DNA of 64,000 bases, from contig JAJZCD010000001.1 in NCBI GenBank assembly GCA_021851735.1, forward strand, positions 35,078 through 99,077, written 5' to 3'. This stretch comes from a bacterium. GTDB lineage: Bacteria; Patescibacteriota; Saccharimonadia; Saccharimonadales; UBA4665. Shown here in pieces: positions 19,591 to 27,902 of this stretch. A program made the position numbers and the translations under genes. Under the pieces are notes generated by a model, which was not told the origin of the DNA, made no database searches, and saw only the letters and a program-made list of their open reading frames with translations. Within the stretch, counting starts at the first letter, position 1. Each line of letters starts with the position of its first letter.

Positions 19591-19725
19591 AACGTTTGTT
19601 TACTATACCCCACAAATGATTCTGCTATAGCTTGGTAGTACTCAGAAGAGCTACCTAAAAATAGCCAAACGATAGCTACTATAGTTTAGCATGTTGCGTG
19701 GCGCTACGCATTGGCATGGTCGTGT

Positions 19726-20334
19726 CTAGTGAGGATCGGTTGCTATAAATTCTTCGAATGAGCTGACTGTACTATCATGGAATGTAAAACGCCCAATGTA
19801 ATCATGCGGATAGGCTTCACTGATGTTGTGCTCGCCGAAATCTTGACCAATGTGACTGGCATGCAGGGCTGCCATGGTGCCGTAATGGGCAACGATGAGT
19901 ATGGTATCATCGGTGTGCTTACGGTTCAGGTCATCGATAGTATGGAAGACGCGCTGATACATATAGCTCAGTGATTCGCCGTTGGGCGGCACGTAGTGCG
20001 TATCACGATCGAGTTTGGGGTATCGTGCGTAAGCTTCGGTGCTAAACATGTTGCCTGCGTCACCGTAGTTAACTTCGCGTAAGCCTGCCAGTCTAATGAT
20101 TGGCGTGTCAATGCAAAGTCCGCGGACAACCTCGTATGCGGTAATAAATGCTCGACCGAGATCGCTCGAATATACTGCGCCAAATGATGTGCTATGCAAT
20201 TTAGCTATGACTGATTGTGTAGGATCAAGACCGTTCGATGTTAGTGGGCTATCTACCCATCCAGATAGCCGCTTTACCTTGTTATTTTCGGTTTCACCGT
20301 GGCGGACAATATAAAAATAGTTCATGAGGTCCAC
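19726..20334 (-). CDS. histidine phosphatase family protein (phosphoglycerate mutase-like)
   Basis: 202 aa. RHGETENN catalytic motif near the N-terminus and a later H in VAHYG. Confidence 0.8.
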   Translation of the reverse strand: MDLMNYFYIVRHGETENNKVKRLSGWVDSPLTSNGLDPTQSVIAKLHSTSFGAVYSSDLGRAFITAYEVVRGLCIDTPIIRLAGLREVNYGDAGNMFSTEAYARYPKLDRDTHYVPPNGESLSYMYQRVFHTIDDLNRKHTDDTILIVAHYGTMAALHASHIGQDFGEHNISEAYPHDYIGRFTFHDSTVSSFEEFIATDPH

Positions 20335-20355
20335 AGTGTACCAAAGGTTTTAACA

Positions 20356-20390
20356 AAATAAAAACACTACCAAACATGTTGGTAGTGTTT
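20356..20390 (-). terminator. rho-independent terminator of the RRM protein gene
   Basis: 12-bp perfect stem AAACACTACCAA/TTGGTAGTGTTT with a 5-nt loop, followed on the minus strand by a T-rich run (TTTTATTTT). It lies 18 nt after the stop codon. Confidence 0.65.
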
Positions 20391-20407
20391 AACCCGACAA
20401 TCGTGTG

Positions 20408-20692
20408 CTAACGACGGTCGAAGTCGCGGCGTGGTGGGCGTGACTCGAGCGGACGAGCTTCGCTGACTACGATGTTGCGACCTTGTACAGCGCTACCGTT
20501 TAGCTTGTCTATTGCTGCTTTTGCGGCAGTATCATCGTCAAATTCAACAAAGCCAAAACCTTTGCTGCGTCCGCTTTCGCGGTCCATGATTACTTTTGCT
20601 GATGTGATTGCGCCAAATTCCTGAAACAGGTCCTCGAGCGCTTGGTCATCGACTGCCCATGGCAATGAGCCGACGAAAAGTTTAGTGGCCAT
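20408..20692 (-). CDS. RRM-type glycine-poor RNA-binding protein
   Basis: 94 aa. RNP2 KLFVGSL and RNP1 KGFGFVEF. RBS AAAGGAAG lies upstream. Confidence 0.9.
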   Translation of the reverse strand: MATKLFVGSLPWAVDDQALEDLFQEFGAITSAKVIMDRESGRSKGFGFVEFDDDTAAKAAIDKLNGSAVQGRNIVVSEARPLESRPPRRDFDRR

Positions 20693-21134
20693 AATAGGCT
20701 AGCTTCCTTTTGCTTCTGGTTCTCTGAGGTAAGTCTCTTCTGGATGGAAGTCTTAGCTGCGCCTCTTAGGTAACCGTTACTTATACTAATCTAGATTCAC
20801 GAAGTTCATGGAGACCATGCATACTTCCGCAGCCTTCTAGTATATTTTATAATAACATGACTAGGCTACTTCGCAAACACTTTCTGCATACTATTACAGA
20901 AATCCTTAATAATCTGCGATACACTTGGACATGCGTGTTTGTATCGGTAGAAACGGTGCCGTAGCTTATGTGACAGCCACATAGTACCCTATCTGTTTAC
21001 ACGATTATCCAGCGTATGTCTATGAATTTTCTTGCAGCTAAACATAAGCATGGCGTCGTACGCTAATAGTGTACTGCACGTGATAGCCGATTGGTGCAGG
21101 ATAAGACATTGCTAAAAAAGGGAGCTTACGCGTT

Positions 21135-21281
21135 ATGAAAAGATTACACATCATAACAAAACCTACTACTGTAAACGACCTGGCTGATATTGATACTATT
21201 GACTTTGGGGGGGACTCAGAATTACGGGCAGAACGCCGTGAGGCCAGACGCATGCGTAAGTTCAAGCAACATCTTGTGTAA
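21135..21281 (+). CDS. small basic protein (48 aa), not in ORF track
   Basis: ATG preceded by GGGAG at -13 to -9. Translation is MKRLHIITKPTTVNDLADIDTIDFGGDSELRAERREARRMRKFKQHLV. A strong terminator hairpin follows 25 nt after the stop. Confidence 0.4.
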   Translation: MKRLHIITKPTTVNDLADIDTIDFGGDSELRAERREARRMRKFKQHLV

Positions 21282-21306
21282 AATGCGCATTAACATAAGT
21301 CAATAC

Positions 21307-21336
21307 AATCACCGCCAAATGGAGGCGGTGATTTTA
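21307..21336 (+). terminator. rho-independent terminator, probably bidirectional (small ORF / sat-cysC convergent pair)
   Basis: 10-bp stem AATCACCGCC/GGCGGTGATT with a 7-nt loop and TTTT(A) on the plus strand. It sits between convergent genes ending at 21281 (+) and 21362 (-). Confidence 0.6.
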
Positions 21337-21361
21337 GTTGAGTACTTGCTCTGCTGATATC

Positions 21362-23164
21362 TTAGGAGTGTTGTAGTGAGGGAGATCCGGAAGTATTGAT
21401 GTAGCCTTCGCGCTCCAGGTGTAAGAGTAGTTGTTGTGATAGCTCGTCGGCTGAGTGCCTGACAGTATCGAGTACGATGTCAGCGTCATTCGGGGATTCA
21501 TATGGGTCGGATATGCCAGTGAACGCTTTAATCTTCCCTGCTCTGGCTTTTGCATATAGACCCTTGCGGTCACGCTGTTCGCATACTTCGAGTGGTGTGT
21601 TGACATGTGCCAGGATAAATCCCCCGCCTTCATTTTCAACGAGTTGGCGTACCGCTGTACGAGTTGCACTATACGGTGCAATCGGCGCACATATTGCAAC
21701 GCCGCCATGCTTAGCGATTTCGCTAGCAACAAAACCGATGCGCTGAATATTGATGTCACGATGTTCCTTGCTAAAACCGAGCTCGCTCGATAGATGTTTG
21801 CGTACAATATCTCCGTCGAGCAGTGTAACGCTGCGGCCACCCAGCTCAAGGAGCTTGATAATCAGTACATTTGCAATGGTTGACTTGCCCGAACCGCTCA
21901 GACCGGTAAAGAATACGACGAACCCCTGCTTAAAGCGTGGAGGCGTGGTACGGTATAATTCAGCGGCAACTTCTGGGTAAGTGAACCATTCGGGAAGCGG
22001 CTTGCCGGTGCGGAGTCGCTGTCGCTGCTCGGTGCCGGAGATATTGGCAATCTCCAGACCCTCGGGAACTTCGTCAATTGGCATGTAGCTATCTCTGGAT
22101 GGGACGTAAACCATCATTTTGAATGGTACAACGGTGACACCGATTTCGGCAGCGTGCTTTTCGACAAGTTTCTGTGCGTCGTAGGGTCCGTAGAAATCAT
22201 CACCGCTGCTGTTCTTCCCGGGACCAGCATGGTCACGACCAACTATAAAGTGACTAGCACCATAGTTTTTACGGATTATAGCGTGCCAGACAGCCTCACG
22301 CGGCCCGCCCATACGCATAGCCAGCGGTAGCAGTGAGATCATAGAAGTATTACTTGGAAATTTCCCCGCTAATGCTTTGTATACACGTACGCGGGTAAAG
22401 TGGTCAATGTCGCCTGGTTTAGTCATGCCGACAACGGGCTGAATGAGTAAGTTAGCTTCGTTGTCACGTGCAGCTCGTAGTGTCATTTCCACATGTGCTC
22501 GATGCATGGGATTACGTGTCTGAAAGGCCACTACCTTTTCCCAGCCGCGCTTGGCGAATATATCCCGGAGTTCTGAGGGTGTATGGCGCATTTCAGCAAA
22601 GTCGTAGTGTGTAGGTAGCTGTAAACCTTCGAGTTTACCGCTGATGTAGTATGGCTGGGTCTGGTTGAGCAGGTACTGCACGCCGGGGTGCAATTCATCG
22701 GTAGTACCGAACGCAGCTTGCGCTTCCTCCTTGAAGTCTGGCTGGTAGATCTCATCCACAGTAAGTGCAGCTAGCAGCACTCCCTCTCTGTCACGCAGGG
22801 CTATAGGTTGCCCTTTTTTGATGCTTTTGGCGAACGTTTCATTTACGTCGAGGTTTATTGGCATTGGCCATAATGTACCATTACTAAGTCGCATGTCTTT
22901 CAGCACACTCTTATAGTCTGTTTCGCCCAAGAAGGTTGTCAGAGGCGAAAAACCACCGTTCATGAGTAGCTCCACGTCGCATAGTTGGCGCTGCGTGAGA
23001 TCGAGGCTTGGCCAGTCGCTGGACTGCTTTTTGAGTGCAGCCTTTCGTTTTTCATCGACGATGAGATTGATAAGTTTCCCGCCGTGAGGCGGGTTGATGT
23101 TATCTATCACTGGTAACCTCCATTCAAAAACACAGTATACCCCGTGGTACGGCCAGTATGTCAA
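21362..23164 (-). CDS. sat: bifunctional sulfate adenylyltransferase / adenylylsulfate kinase (PAPS synthase-like)
   Basis: 600 aa. ATP-sulfurylase motifs QTRNPMHRAH and HFIVGRDHAG. C-terminal APS kinase P-loop GLSGSGKSTIA. The true start is possibly downstream of the first ATG. Confidence 0.9.
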   Translation of the reverse strand: MTYWPYHGVYCVFEWRLPVIDNINPPHGGKLINLIVDEKRKAALKKQSSDWPSLDLTQRQLCDVELLMNGGFSPLTTFLGETDYKSVLKDMRLSNGTLWPMPINLDVNETFAKSIKKGQPIALRDREGVLLAALTVDEIYQPDFKEEAQAAFGTTDELHPGVQYLLNQTQPYYISGKLEGLQLPTHYDFAEMRHTPSELRDIFAKRGWEKVVAFQTRNPMHRAHVEMTLRAARDNEANLLIQPVVGMTKPGDIDHFTRVRVYKALAGKFPSNTSMISLLPLAMRMGGPREAVWHAIIRKNYGASHFIVGRDHAGPGKNSSGDDFYGPYDAQKLVEKHAAEIGVTVVPFKMMVYVPSRDSYMPIDEVPEGLEIANISGTEQRQRLRTGKPLPEWFTYPEVAAELYRTTPPRFKQGFVVFFTGLSGSGKSTIANVLIIKLLELGGRSVTLLDGDIVRKHLSSELGFSKEHRDINIQRIGFVASEIAKHGGVAICAPIAPYSATRTAVRQLVENEGGGFILAHVNTPLEVCEQRDRKGLYAKARAGKIKAFTGISDPYESPNDADIVLDTVRHSADELSQQLLLHLEREGYINTSGSPSLQHS

Positions 23165-23251
23165 CGTTGCTATACAGTTGGGTCCTAAATTGTGTGTATT
23201 GATTGCAATCGTATTTACAGCGTATCGTCGTGCCTGCGACTATAGTGACGG

Positions 23252-24550
23252 TTGCGATGTAACGTAGGGGAAGCCCGCATGACAAAAACGCGAGAGGATA
23301 GTAGTCCTCTTTCCAGTCTTAAAACTGAAAATGAGCGATTGCGAGCGGAAAACGAATACTTACGACGTCAGACTGCACACGGCGAGCGTCTATCAGGCTC
23401 GTCTCCCGTAGCATTACATGGACTGCGCCTGTTGAGCGCGGGGCTGTTTGCTGTGTTGGCTGTCATTTTACTGGTGGCTGGTAATGTGTTGTTTTGGTTT
23501 GGTGATACTATCGTGTCGAACGATCGTTTCAACAAGACGGTAGCACCGGTAGTTCAAAATACTGAAGTGCAACATGCGGTGGCGAGTTACGTCACTTCAG
23601 AGCTATATAAAAACGTAGATGTAACGCAATCCGCGCAAACCGCTCTACCTTCTCAGGCGGCGTTTTTGGCGCCAGCCATTGCGAGCCAGCTGCGCGGATA
23701 TACACAAACGGCTCTTGAAAAAATATTAGCGCGCCCACAGTTCCAAGAGCGTTGGAACCAGTTGTTAGGTGATGCGCATGCGCAGTTTATTGCTACGGTG
23801 CGGGAATCAGGTGGTGACGGCGTGCTTGATCTCAATGATTTGTATGTGCAGCTTAGCGATTCACTGAAGGGTACGTCGCTGAGCTTTTTAGCGGATAAAC
23901 GTCTCCCGCCTAAAGTCGGTGCCATACAAGTGGCCAGTGGCAACTGGATTAAGATGTTGCGCACGGTAATTGTGAACATAGATGTGTGGCGCGTGTTAGC
24001 AGTGATACTATTTATAGTATTCGTGGTATTTGCTGTTCTGCTAGCCCGTCGGCGTCGGCGCATGGTTGTACTGCTCAGCAGTTTTGCTGCTGTGGGTATG
24101 CTTGGTACGCTTATAGCATTGCGACTGATGCGTGACAGCATAGCCGGTAATGTAACACCTCAATATGCCACTGCGGTACGCGAGACAATTCAGATCCTGT
24201 TACACCCGTTGGTTATACAGACCGCTTTACTATTGGTGGTTGTAGTACTAGTTGTGCTAATCGCTTGGTTGACTGGTGGGAGCCGAAGTGCCCAGCAAGT
24301 GCAAGGCCGGGTACGCTTATTGATTGCCGGTAAACTACATACTGCCCTGTTTGGTGGTCACGAAAATGGTGTTACTCGTTGGTTTGGTGCATATAAGCGC
24401 GGACTGCAATGGACTGTACTGGCAGTGGTTACGTTGCTCGCGCTTTTCACTCGCTTAACACCGATTGTGCTGCTCTGGTATGTGATTGCTCTCATCGTAG
24501 TGGAGCTTGTCATAGAACTCGTTGCTGCATCATCCTCGTCTGGTAGATGA
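23252..24550 (+). CDS. polytopic membrane protein of unknown function
   Basis: 432 aa. N-terminal coiled-coil-like LKTENERLRAENEYLRRQ, a TM, a ~170-aa soluble region, then at least 4 C-terminal TM helices. Confidence 0.4.
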   Translation: MRCNVGEARMTKTREDSSPLSSLKTENERLRAENEYLRRQTAHGERLSGSSPVALHGLRLLSAGLFAVLAVILLVAGNVLFWFGDTIVSNDRFNKTVAPVVQNTEVQHAVASYVTSELYKNVDVTQSAQTALPSQAAFLAPAIASQLRGYTQTALEKILARPQFQERWNQLLGDAHAQFIATVRESGGDGVLDLNDLYVQLSDSLKGTSLSFLADKRLPPKVGAIQVASGNWIKMLRTVIVNIDVWRVLAVILFIVFVVFAVLLARRRRRMVVLLSSFAAVGMLGTLIALRLMRDSIAGNVTPQYATAVRETIQILLHPLVIQTALLLVVVVLVVLIAWLTGGSRSAQQVQGRVRLLIAGKLHTALFGGHENGVTRWFGAYKRGLQWTVLAVVTLLALFTRLTPIVLLWYVIALIVVELVIELVAASSSSGR

Positions 24551-24665
24551 TCTCTTTGCCACGTGGTGGTGTGGGTAACCCTATTATCGCTGGCAGGCAA
24601 ACTATGCCTCGATGCGACGCTCCTGTACGAGTACCTGCCGCAGATTATGCGCAGTATGTATGTTG

Positions 24666-25133
24666 CTAATCCTTAGAGACTTCGCGACCGTGGACGGTGA
24701 TGGCGTATAACACAAACCCGTCTATGATGAGCGCAATGATAGACCATAATGGATATGCTGACAAAAATGCAAGATTGCCAATAGCATTTACTACTACGAT
24801 AAAGCTCGCTGCTATTCGTGCCCAGGTACGCCCGCTGACCAGCGCTAAGCCAACCATGAAGACCAATATACCTAGGACGATATTTATCCAGCCCCACGCT
24901 GCGTAATTCCATACAATCAATCCATGTGTTGCGTGTGGCGCAACGTAAAATGCTTTACGAAATAATGCAACCAGGCCGGCTAATGCTTGCAGGCCGCCCA
25001 GTATCAGCATTATCATGCTCGCAAAATATATCCAGCCTACCCATCCTGTTGTTTCGCCTTGTGTTTGTGCCATAGCCTGCCCTCCGTTTATAGTTGGTGC
25101 CTTTCGGTACAGATCTATTGTTCGGTAGGGCAC
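24666..25133 (-). CDS. small 4-TM membrane protein
   Basis: 155 aa with four hydrophobic helices (WVGWIYFASMIMLILGGLQALAGLVALF and others). No catalytic motif recognised. Confidence 0.4.
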   Translation of the reverse strand: MPYRTIDLYRKAPTINGGQAMAQTQGETTGWVGWIYFASMIMLILGGLQALAGLVALFRKAFYVAPHATHGLIVWNYAAWGWINIVLGILVFMVGLALVSGRTWARIAASFIVVVNAIGNLAFLSAYPLWSIIALIIDGFVLYAITVHGREVSKD

Positions 25134-25164
25134 GGAACGTGTCAGTGGTTTGGATTACAGAAAG

Positions 25165-26223
25165 CTAGTTGGTGACTTTATGCAGGGCGACAACGTACAT
25201 ACTCTCACTCCAACCGAGCGGAGTGTTCTCGTTCGCCTTGCTAGAGTTACTAAAATACAGCTCAGGCACTTTGCCATCTTTAGTGACTGTATTGGTGGCT
25301 TTTTGCAAATACTTGTGAGCCATATCTGTATCTCCGAGTTGCTGGTGGATAATGGCGAGCCAACTAAGCCCGAAACACCACTCTGCTTCTTCGCTATAAC
25401 CGTCAGGGTTTTTGTTGTAGTATTGGTCAAATTTATACCTCAGGACACCCTTGTCCCGTTCCAAGTGGTATGTCAGATTGTCGACGATGGTCTGAGCCAT
25501 TTTATGGTCGATAATGTCATAGGGGTATATGAGTGATAGTAGTGCCAAGTCAGTAAACTTACTTTCGCTCTCACGTGGGAGTAGCGCATGTAGTGCTTTC
25601 TCACCGCGTGCAATCGCATCAGGGTCGACATCCATAGTGCCGACTTCTTGCCATTTTTTAAGACCAGCTAGAACAGCGCCGATGGAACTGGCGTGTACCT
25701 CTTCAGCTTCCTCCCACATGCCATTGTCGGCATCATGCCAATATTCGACATTACAAATGTAGTAAATGAGCGTCTGGACTGTTTTGCGGTCTTTGTTATT
25801 ACGCAGCATGCTGTGGCCAGTAAGCTCAAATTCAGCTAATTTGAATAATACTGCGCCAATAGCGTCATGCTGTTTGTTTCCCCAGCTTTCCCAAAATTCT
25901 TCAAGTGTTTGAGGATTGTAACGTGCATGGATATATTGCCAGCTCTCGAACGGTTTGTTGGTCGCAGCCCAGTTGATTTTTTCGATATGGGTGTCAAAAA
26001 TGTCAAGGAGCGTGTGATAAGCCTTAGCGACTACTGTCCACTCTCCTGTATATTCAAACGCAAGTGCTTCGTAGACATTGTCGCGGATCCATGCTTTATC
26101 GTATCCGGTGGTTACCGCCTGGTCACTCGCTAGGAATAATCCTCGTGGTGTGATAAGTTTTCGTAGGTTATTGAGATGGCGCGCAATGCGAGCCTGTTTA
26201 TCCATGGCTAGCTCACTTGACAT
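25165..26223 (-). CDS. glycoside hydrolase family 15 (glucoamylase-like) catalytic-domain protein
   Basis: 352 aa. AWIRDNVY and DNGMWEE (the GH15 WEE catalytic region) with an (alpha/alpha)6-like repeat pattern. No signal peptide. Confidence 0.65.
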   Translation of the reverse strand: MSSELAMDKQARIARHLNNLRKLITPRGLFLASDQAVTTGYDKAWIRDNVYEALAFEYTGEWTVVAKAYHTLLDIFDTHIEKINWAATNKPFESWQYIHARYNPQTLEEFWESWGNKQHDAIGAVLFKLAEFELTGHSMLRNNKDRKTVQTLIYYICNVEYWHDADNGMWEEAEEVHASSIGAVLAGLKKWQEVGTMDVDPDAIARGEKALHALLPRESESKFTDLALLSLIYPYDIIDHKMAQTIVDNLTYHLERDKGVLRYKFDQYYNKNPDGYSEEAEWCFGLSWLAIIHQQLGDTDMAHKYLQKATNTVTKDGKVPELYFSNSSKANENTPLGWSESMYVVALHKVTN

Positions 26224-26678
26224 TATTGGGCACCTCCATGATGGCTGTGACAGTACTCGTCATGGATTCCGCGTTGAAATTGATACCCAAGCAAGAAATC
26301 TACAATCGGTTCGGTACCGTAGCCATTGTGTAGCTCGGCCCGTGCTATAGCGGCTTCGGCTTCCAGACGGAAAAAATCGGCGGCAAGTGTCAGGTGCTCT
26401 TTAACGGTCTCATCTTTGGTTACTGCTGCCCGTTTCCCCAGGGCTTTTTCGGCAGCCTGAGCCTCGGCAATGGGTGCTGTGCATCGGGTACATACGTTGT
26501 ATTCGCCAAGATGTAAATTGTGGCCGCCATAGTCGAACAATTCGGCGCGGGGGAGTTTAGTTAGTGTTTCTTTAATGATGTCGAGCGCCTTGTCGGCGGC
26601 GTCAGAGACATCAGGGTCGTCAGAGTGTGTTTTTATCATAATATTTTGGTTTTTTACGTTCCGCGAATAGTATAGCAT
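26223..26678 (-). CDS. hypothetical protein with CxxC and C-terminal His-rich motif
   Basis: 151 aa. VCTRCTAP and EYCHSHHGG. TAATG overlap with the GH15 gene. The true start is probably MIKTHSDD. Confidence 0.3.
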   Translation of the reverse strand: MLYYSRNVKNQNIMIKTHSDDPDVSDAADKALDIIKETLTKLPRAELFDYGGHNLHLGEYNVCTRCTAPIAEAQAAEKALGKRAAVTKDETVKEHLTLAADFFRLEAEAAIARAELHNGYGTEPIVDFLLGYQFQRGIHDEYCHSHHGGAQ

Positions 26679-26721
26679 ATGTTCACATTTTGTGTCTTCT
26701 ACGGTACAAAAGTAGATTTAC

Positions 26722-26922
26722 TCATCGTTGTTCACCGGGGATAATTATGGTAGCAACGATATATGCGATAACGCCAGGCACCACGCCAGTTATTATCGTA
26801 ACGATTACCCAAGCTAGCCGAATAAAGGTGGGGTCGGTATCAAGATATTCTGCTAGGCCACCACATACCCCAGCTAGCATCCTGTCAGTAGAGGATCTGT
26901 GTAGATAACGATTAGTATTCAT
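26722..26922 (-). CDS. PspC-domain membrane protein
   Basis: 66 aa. RMLAGVCGGLAEYLDTDPTFIRLAWV is the PspC signature, followed by a TM helix. Confidence 0.8.
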   Translation of the reverse strand: MNTNRYLHRSSTDRMLAGVCGGLAEYLDTDPTFIRLAWVIVTIITGVVPGVIAYIVATIIIPGEQR

Positions 26923-27338
26923 GAGCGCTTCCCTGTTGATTCTGGCGATTGAGTATTAATGCTGTGTCTATCAGATGGACGCTCTCTATAGGTAGGGTTG
27001 TGTGTAATAACTTCGTTGGTGGCAACAATCCGGCAACTGAAATGGCCTACCGTTGGCAGATTCTCTGGTAACAGGTACCCATTCCAGGCATCATTATCTC
27101 CTCCGAGCTCTAGGTGCATCGTGTTAACCAGACCGGACTCGTTGATTACAGTGTAGAGTCTGTACGTGCCCATTTTTAGTATTGTGTGCGGTGTTTGTTG
27201 ATAGTGTGTGAGGATCAATAGCGACACTGTAGGCAGTGGGTCCATCCAAGCGTAGTTGGTATTGTCAAGATACAGCAACTTAGTGCCATGTTGAGCTTCA
27301 GCTAATTCGTATGGTCCGCTGTGGCGCAATGTAATCAT
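26919..27338 (-). CDS. hypothetical protein
   Basis: 139 aa. ATGA overlaps on both sides indicate operon membership. No recognised motif. Confidence 0.3.
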   Translation of the reverse strand: MITLRHSGPYELAEAQHGTKLLYLDNTNYAWMDPLPTVSLLILTHYQQTPHTILKMGTYRLYTVINESGLVNTMHLELGGDNDAWNGYLLPENLPTVGHFSCRIVATNEVITHNPTYRERPSDRHSINTQSPESTGKRS

Positions 27339-27865
27339 TGTGGCCGCCTATGATTAAAAATATTATGTTCAATAGCTTCCACAAAACTCATAGCGCAGCG
27401 TGGATTAAAGGTACGTATCGTTATGTCGGCTAGGCGGGTGTTTAGCGTCACGTAGTTCGTAAATCCGGTTTGACTGCGGGTAATGGCGCTGACGACGTCG
27501 TATGCGATTTCGGTGGCACGCGTGTAGCCCGGCTTGCGGTCTATGAATATGACGCGCCGGTTAGTAGCAACCAGCGCTCCGCGGCCAGATGGTAGCTCAC
27601 TCGATATGTGGTATTTCCCGTAGATGATGCCTTCTAAAGTTTCGTCTGCCCTAATAAAGGCGGGAAGGCTGTGCGTTTCTGGAAGCCACAGGTCGTACTG
27701 ATTGGCGCCTAGGCGCTTTAGTGAGCTAGTGATACTTGTCTTGTGCTTGTCCGAATAATCATGCTGCGGTTGAGGGGTCCCTATAGGATGTTGCGTGATC
27801 ATGCATATAGCCCTCCCAAGCCTATTCAAACACACCTTACAAACTATTACATCGATATACTTCAC
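27335..27865 (-). CDS. hypothetical protein, possible bacterial PH-like domain
   Basis: 176 aa. GRGALVATNRRVIFIDRKPGYTRATEIAYDVVSAI resembles bPH/YokE-type strands. The true start is probably MITQHPIG. Confidence 0.3.
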   Translation of the reverse strand: MKYIDVIVCKVCLNRLGRAICMITQHPIGTPQPQHDYSDKHKTSITSSLKRLGANQYDLWLPETHSLPAFIRADETLEGIIYGKYHISSELPSGRGALVATNRRVIFIDRKPGYTRATEIAYDVVSAITRSQTGFTNYVTLNTRLADITIRTFNPRCAMSFVEAIEHNIFNHRRPQ

Positions 27866-27902
27866 AGCTTTCTATGAGTATGGGCGCTTACTAAAGTGGA
27901 TG

